Part shown: piece after piece, positions 58,960 through 64,000 of the stretch
Layout: each line of letters opens with the position of its first letter
How positions within the stretch are numbered: position 1 is the stretch's first letter
Source of the DNA: a virus
Lineage: Duplodnaviria > Caudoviricetes
Virus record (IMG/VR): IMGVR_UViG_3300033121_000954
Location: 32,001-96,000 of that record
Reading direction: 5' to 3' (one strand)
DNA length: 64,000 nucleotides
Notes under the pieces: model-generated
Databases searched by the model: none
Told to the model about the DNA's origin: nothing
The model's input: only the letters and a program-made list of their open reading frames with translations
Translations under genes and position numbers: made by a program

Positions 58960-58981
58960 TAGATTGCTTATTGATGTATTT

Positions 58982-61900
58982 TCAATGTTGACCTTCCACA
59001 ATTTTGATTTCTTCGGGTGTCAGTTCGTATAGTTGGTAAACAAGTTGGTCAATTTGTTGATTAGTTTGTTTTATTTCGGTTTGGAGGCCATTTGCAATTC
59101 GCTTTTGCTCGTTGAAGTATTGCATCCACTCTGCCTCTTCGGAAAGCCTCAACTGAATTTTAATTTTCTTCAACTCTAATAGAAAATCCTTGAACTTCAA
59201 CTCATACCAGTTTTGCAGATTTTTACTGAGTTTCTCAATAGCAAATTTTGATTGTAATAAATTCAAAAAGTGATATTGAACTTTTTGGAGTGCAGTAATT
59301 GAAAACATAATTTCTTCGGCCTTTTCTATAAATGGCTTTTGTTCATTCACCGAAACCAACGGAATGGGAAATGGTTCAAGATATTTTGTTTTATATCTGA
59401 AGTAACCACCCCTGAGTATGGTTCCTGTACATTTTAAGAAGAACCACATTACCTCTGAATTCAAAACAGTCAGTAGATAACGTTCATCTCCATGAACATT
59501 TGCCTTTTTTATTAGCGTATAGACCTGAGTATTATGAAAATAACCATTTTCATCTATCGTCATATTCGTACCGAAGGAAGTCTCAGGAGTAACAATTTTT
59601 TTGCTTTTAAACAATGATATTTCCCGTGACCGATGAAGGCTGTACCAATATTTTGGATTGGTTTTATACCGCACCTTCTTTTCGATCAATTCCTCTTTAT
59701 AAGGCAAAAAATAACTGTATGTTAAAGGAAATTGTTGTTTAAAAACCTCTTCTTCATAAGGTAGCGTTTTACCGTCTTTTTCATAATGAGGATATATCAC
59801 AAAATCACTTGACCCCAATGGTCCGTACTTCTTCACATCCTCTCCTTTTAGTAGGGGCTTCATTAAAGATGCTTCCAGCATAACTTCTTCACCCGTTTTT
59901 TCTGAAAACCCGATAAACTTATTACCATCTAATCTCCCTTTCAGATAGAAAATATCATCACCAACAGAAACCACTCCTTGACTGATCCATTCAAATATAT
60001 CCTTTACGGTATATTTTTGCTTCTTGATCTTGTCCATTACACCCAACACATCAACGCTATGTAAATTCCATTTCGCATTCGTTAATAGAGCAGCATCCAT
60101 CTCACGGAACTCAAACAGGCTAAAAAGGTCTTGAGGCTTCATTCCTCTGAATAAAACCTTTTGATTATTCATAGATAGTGTAATGATACATGTATATGTT
60201 GAAGCATCGGCAAACACCATTTCTGAACCAAAATGAATTACAGATTCAACAGATTTATTCTCTGATAGGTATGCTCTTATTCCTTCCCCGAAATCACTGA
60301 CCATGAACTTGTGAGGTAAAATAAACCCTACTTTTCCGAAACCAGAAATCAACTTAAAAGAACGTTCCATAAAAAGAACATAGATGTCAAACCTACCTGT
60401 GGCGCTTTGAAATACATTTTCATAATATTTGGATTCTATTTCAAAATTCGCCCTCAATCCTTGTACTCTAAGATATGGAGGATTACCAATAACCACATCA
60501 AACCCACCTTTTGCAAAAACCTCTGGAAATTCATTTTCCCAGTCAAATGCTTTGTCTCCTGCTACTGTTTTATCGGCAATGAGCGAGTTGCCACATTTGA
60601 TATTGTTGTTTAGAGAGGTGAGTTTTCTCCCTTTTTGCGCAGTCCTAAGCCAAAGTGAAAGTTTAGCGATTTCTATGGATTCCTCATTTATATCTACTCC
60701 AAAAAGGTTGTTTTCAAGGATTGAATTTTCAACGTTCTGGAATACGAATCCATCACCAAATAACTTCGCTTGCAATTCATCAACGTATCTATGCTCTAAT
60801 ACTAAAAACTCAAGTGCTTGGTTTAAAAATGCGCCGCTACCGCAAGCGGGGTCACAGATTGTAACCTCTAACAACCAATTCCGATACTGTTCTAATTTGT
60901 TTTGCAGGACTTTAACCTTCGCCTTGTTTTGTTTACCTGTTCTTTCCTGTTCATACTCTTCTTCGTTTATTCCTAACTCTAATTTCTTATTCTTGCAAAG
61001 GCTTCCAACAGTGTTATCAACTATGTACTTGGTAATATATTTGGGCGTGTAAAAAACACCATCCTTTTTTCGTTTTGTCTTGTCTTTATCAACTACCTGC
61101 CCTTCTAACTCAGCCTGTATTTCTTCAATCTCGCTCAAAGAATGTTCAAATATATGGCCAAGTATATTAACGCTAACTTCGCTTTCAAAGTCATAATTAC
61201 TAATATTTAAAGTATGTTTATAGAGTAGGGTGTCATCTATCTTAATATTATCCAGAATTTCATCTGGCAAAAACAAACCTCCATTATAAGCAAAAATATC
61301 ATGCTTTTTCCCTTTGAAGCCTGTATTCAGGTAACCAAAATATTTAATAAATCGGCTATAAAGAGGTTGATACTCGTCATATTGATCTCTTAAATCTGTC
61401 CATTGATTGACAATTTCCCTAATTGAATTTGGCGGCAACAACAACCTGTCTTCTGCAAAAAAGACAAATAAGAACCTGTCAAGAAGTTTTTGGGTTTTAT
61501 TGAATAAAGTCAGTTTGTCATACTGAGGATTGTTCTTTACTATATCTGTGAAAATATCATTCCTAAATGCTGAATAATCCTTGTATAGTTTATTGGTAAC
61601 AGTTTCTTCTACGGCAAGAGATTCTTCCTTAATTTGCTTTGGGATGCCTTGAAATACACAGTTTTTTGACAAGCATAACCAAAGGAGGTTAAATTCGTCT
61701 TGGGTCAACTGAAACAGGTTGAAATCTTCAAAATCAACAGAATTGTCAATGTAAAACCTCAATTTTTCAAAATTGGAAGTTATTATATAAACAGCATCAG
61801 GTTGGTTGTTCTTGTACCCAAATGCCTGTGTCTCAATCTTGCTCAAATTGGTTGTATCTGTTCCTTTCAACTCAATTACGGCAATGATTTTACCGTCTTT

Positions 61901-62176
61901 GATTATTGCGCCATCAGCACTTTTTGCGTCTTTGATGTTTTTTTGTTCCCGTATTAGATTGTAGTTTTCAAGTGGATGATTTGTGTAGCCAAGCACCTTG
62001 ACAAACAAATCAATAAGAAATTCTCCTTGGTGTTGTTCTTCTTTTGACCTCCTTATGTTTTCCTGAATAGCCGAATTGTGGAAATGGCTTTTAAACCTTT
62101 CCCATGCCTCATTGACTTGTTTTTCGTCAATTCCTTTTAGATATTTTTTTAAGACAGATTTTTGGAACAAACCCAT
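58982..62176 (-). CDS. Type IIG restriction-modification enzyme (nuclease + N6A MTase + TRD)
   Basis: ADG..VIELK, GVFYTP, DPACGSGAF, IGNPPY, TaqI-C-like C-terminus. Confidence 0.9.
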   Translation of the reverse strand: MGLFQKSVLKKYLKGIDEKQVNEAWERFKSHFHNSAIQENIRRSKEEQHQGEFLIDLFVKVLGYTNHPLENYNLIREQKNIKDAKSADGAIIKDGKIIAVIELKGTDTTNLSKIETQAFGYKNNQPDAVYIITSNFEKLRFYIDNSVDFEDFNLFQLTQDEFNLLWLCLSKNCVFQGIPKQIKEESLAVEETVTNKLYKDYSAFRNDIFTDIVKNNPQYDKLTLFNKTQKLLDRFLFVFFAEDRLLLPPNSIREIVNQWTDLRDQYDEYQPLYSRFIKYFGYLNTGFKGKKHDIFAYNGGLFLPDEILDNIKIDDTLLYKHTLNISNYDFESEVSVNILGHIFEHSLSEIEEIQAELEGQVVDKDKTKRKKDGVFYTPKYITKYIVDNTVGSLCKNKKLELGINEEEYEQERTGKQNKAKVKVLQNKLEQYRNWLLEVTICDPACGSGAFLNQALEFLVLEHRYVDELQAKLFGDGFVFQNVENSILENNLFGVDINEESIEIAKLSLWLRTAQKGRKLTSLNNNIKCGNSLIADKTVAGDKAFDWENEFPEVFAKGGFDVVIGNPPYLRVQGLRANFEIESKYYENVFQSATGRFDIYVLFMERSFKLISGFGKVGFILPHKFMVSDFGEGIRAYLSENKSVESVIHFGSEMVFADASTYTCIITLSMNNQKVLFRGMKPQDLFSLFEFREMDAALLTNAKWNLHSVDVLGVMDKIKKQKYTVKDIFEWISQGVVSVGDDIFYLKGRLDGNKFIGFSEKTGEEVMLEASLMKPLLKGEDVKKYGPLGSSDFVIYPHYEKDGKTLPYEEEVFKQQFPLTYSYFLPYKEELIEKKVRYKTNPKYWYSLHRSREISLFKSKKIVTPETSFGTNMTIDENGYFHNTQVYTLIKKANVHGDERYLLTVLNSEVMWFFLKCTGTILRGGYFRYKTKYLEPFPIPLVSVNEQKPFIEKAEEIMFSITALQKVQYHFLNLLQSKFAIEKLSKNLQNWYELKFKDFLLELKKIKIQLRLSEEAEWMQYFNEQKRIANGLQTEIKQTNQQIDQLVYQLYELTPEEIKIVEGQH

Positions 62177-62239
62177 AGGATATTGGATGTCTTTAAGTGT
62201 CAATAGTCGTAATATAGGTGAATGCACCGTTAACAAACA

Positions 62240-62286
62240 TGTTAATAATTAACAATTTGTAAATTCTTGTAAATAAATTACTTTTG
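62240..62286 (+). promoter_or_regulatory. Bacteroidota-type promoter upstream of the transposase
   Basis: TGTTAAT..TTTG-N19-TACTTTTG. Confidence 0.7.
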
Positions 62287-62312
62287 TATCATAATTAAAC
62301 AGCAAAACAATT

Positions 62313-63304
62313 ATGAACATCCTGCAATTCATTCAAACTTTCCCAAACGAAGAAACCTGTTTAGAGCATTTCGCCAAATTGCGTTTAGACAAAGGTGTTG
62401 AGTGTAAAAAATGTGGCTGCCAAACCAAACACTACTGGCTACAAGATCAAAAGCGGTTCAAGTGCGGCAAATGTAAAACGAAAACTTCTTACAAAGCAGG
62501 CACGTTGATGGAAAACAGCAAGTTGACTATTCAACAATGGTTTATGATGCTGCACCTGATGACTTCTACCAAAAAAACCTTTTCCGCTCTTGAAATGCAG
62601 CGTCAATTGGGTGTTGGTCGGTATGAACCTGTTTGGTATGCGATGCACAAAATCCGGTTAACGATGGGCAAGCGTGATGAAAAATACAAACTGATGGGCG
62701 AAATTGAAATTGACGACGCTTTCTTTACAACGGTTGACGATGCACCAAAAGTAGAAGATGAACCCCTGAAACGCGGTCGTGGTTCGCAAAAGAAAAGTCA
62801 GGTTGACTATACCGGTGATGGTAATGGTTGAGAGCAAAGTTGCTACCTACCACAGAAGAAATAGTGGCTAAATATGGCAAGGTGACGAAGCACAACAAAG
62901 GTCGCAAGATGGGATTTGTTAAAATGGTTGTTATGGATGATTTAAGCAGCCAAGGAATTAACTACGAGGTCAAAAAGTCGGTTGACGAAATTGCGAAGGT
63001 TCTTACGGATGGTTGGAAAGGTTACGCCAAGTTGCCGAATGTTATTGCTGAACACAAACAAGAAACCATCCCTGCGGAACAAGCCCACAAAAAACTGCCT
63101 TGGGTTCATTGCAACATCGGAAACTCCAAACGTATCCATGAAGGTTTCCATCATTCCATCGGTCGCCCATACTTGCAAAACTACCTGAACGAATTTTGCC
63201 ACAAACTCAACCGCCGCAACTTTGAATCGGATATGTTTGACCGGATTATGACAGCAGGTGTTGAAGATGTTTGGTACAAAAACAAAGCACATTGTTACCG
63301 CTAA
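62313..63304 (+). pseudogene. IS1595-family transposase, frameshifted
   Basis: CKKC..CGKC ribbon, SALEMQRQLG, EIDD, RGRGS, TDG, LPWVH..I.N.KR, YLNEF...NRR; the frame breaks near 62800-62840. Confidence 0.88.
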
Positions 63305-63327
63305 AAAATTTCAAAGAACTTTACTTT

Positions 63328-63355
63328 AGCCTTCCCAATTTGGGATGGCTTTTTT
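63328..63355 (+). terminator. Intrinsic terminator after the transposase
   Basis: AGCC.TCCCA/TGGGA.GGCT followed by TTTTT. Confidence 0.7.
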
Positions 63356-63387
63356 GTACATTTGCTTTCCACTTCAAAATCTTACTT

Positions 63388-63816
63388 ATGTCAGACACCC
63401 TAATTTCGTTTCTGGAAGGCTTTGAACCCGTCAATGAGGTTCAGACCTTGCTGCGCAACATCGTTCTGTTACAAGTCAAATTAGATAGCGAACAAGATGT
63501 GTTCGTTCAGAAAACAAAGGATGTGCAAACTGAATTTCTTAACCTTTCAAAAGAGAAATATGCCTTGTTGGTTGAGGTCGTAAATGATGGCAGTTTAGAG
63601 CAATTCAATTCACATATTCAAAGGATTAGGGATGAAATCAAACAGTTCACCAGCGAACATGAGATGAACTCTATAACAGGGCAAAAGGTTAACTCGTTGA
63701 ACGGTCAGTTAGAAGCAGCCAAGTCTTTCAAATCTGCAAAGGAAAAATACGGTACACTGAAACCTTTAGATGAATTGATGAAGGATGAAAGTGGGCTGTT
63801 GGAAATATTTTCTTAA
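63388..63816 (+). CDS. Hypothetical coiled-coil protein (start revised to ATG 63388)
   Basis: The upstream part of the ORF overlaps the terminator. Confidence 0.55.
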   Translation: MSDTLISFLEGFEPVNEVQTLLRNIVLLQVKLDSEQDVFVQKTKDVQTEFLNLSKEKYALLVEVVNDGSLEQFNSHIQRIRDEIKQFTSEHEMNSITGQKVNSLNGQLEAAKSFKSAKEKYGTLKPLDELMKDESGLLEIFS

Positions 63817-63834
63817 CCTCTAATTTTTAATGAT

Positions 63835-64000
63835 ATGATTTCACTTGACCGAAGTAATTTTAAACTCATTGAAGAAGATGGGTACCTTAATACCACTAAG
63901 CTTAATCTAAAGGTTGAAACAGCACTTAAAAAAGCAACTACAAAACTTTCAGAAATAGACTTCCATGATTTTGATGTGATGGTCAAATTAAGTGGACAAC
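63835..64000 (+). CDS. Partial hypothetical protein
   Basis: Open frame from ATG 63835 to the window end. Confidence 0.4.
   Translation, partial: MISLDRSNFKLIEEDGYLNTTKLNLKVETALKKATTKLSEIDFHDFDVMVKLSGQ

Noticed and set aside
62790-62840. Programmed -1 frameshift joining the two transposase ORFs
   Set aside because: The -1 frame has a TAA at 62822 and the conserved segment lies in the +1 frame, so a single shift cannot restore the protein
1-64000. Stop-codon recoding as seen in some large phages
   Set aside because: Core genes are full length under code 11, and TAA, TAG and TGA all end genes at sensible positions
1-64000. tRNA, rRNA, group I/II introns, DGR
   Set aside because: No cloverleaf, intron core, reverse transcriptase or TR/VR pair was recognised by eye; a covariance-model scan would be needed to exclude them

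Overview
AT-rich 64 kb segment of a large T4-like (myovirus-type) phage genome that most likely infects a Bacteroidota host: it has TTTG-N19-21-TAnnTTTG promoters and a Bacteroidota-type bS21. Almost everything up to about 57.6 kb is on the minus strand. From the right the order is: early accessory genes including an AcrIII-1 (DUF1874) ring nuclease; an HD hydrolase; a gp55-like late sigma factor; baseplate and tail genes (gp5-, gp25-, gp6-like, plus a paralogous tail-fibre cluster); primase; a fused Mre11-Rad50 (gp47+gp46); large terminase; portal; an intein-containing prohead protease; ribosomal protein bS21; scaffold; major capsid protein; and a homing endonuclease-methyltransferase fusion. 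The last ~6 kb looks host-like (N-formylglutamate amidohydrolase, Type IIG R-M, frameshifted IS1595 transposase). The most interesting signals are: (1) a possible translational switch, with phage bS21, Shine-Dalgarno motifs concentrated on late genes, and SD-supported ATT and CTG starts for the terminase and a large baseplate gene; (2) about 16 otherwise unrelated ORFs that share a capsid-targeting-like leader ending in (L/I)xE, several carrying ART-like, GNAT, zincin or J-domain cargo; (3) seven host-type promoters with an 11-bp-periodic TGTTAA direct repeat resembling a PhoB/OmpR box. All protein calls come from motif recognition by eye, not from database searches.
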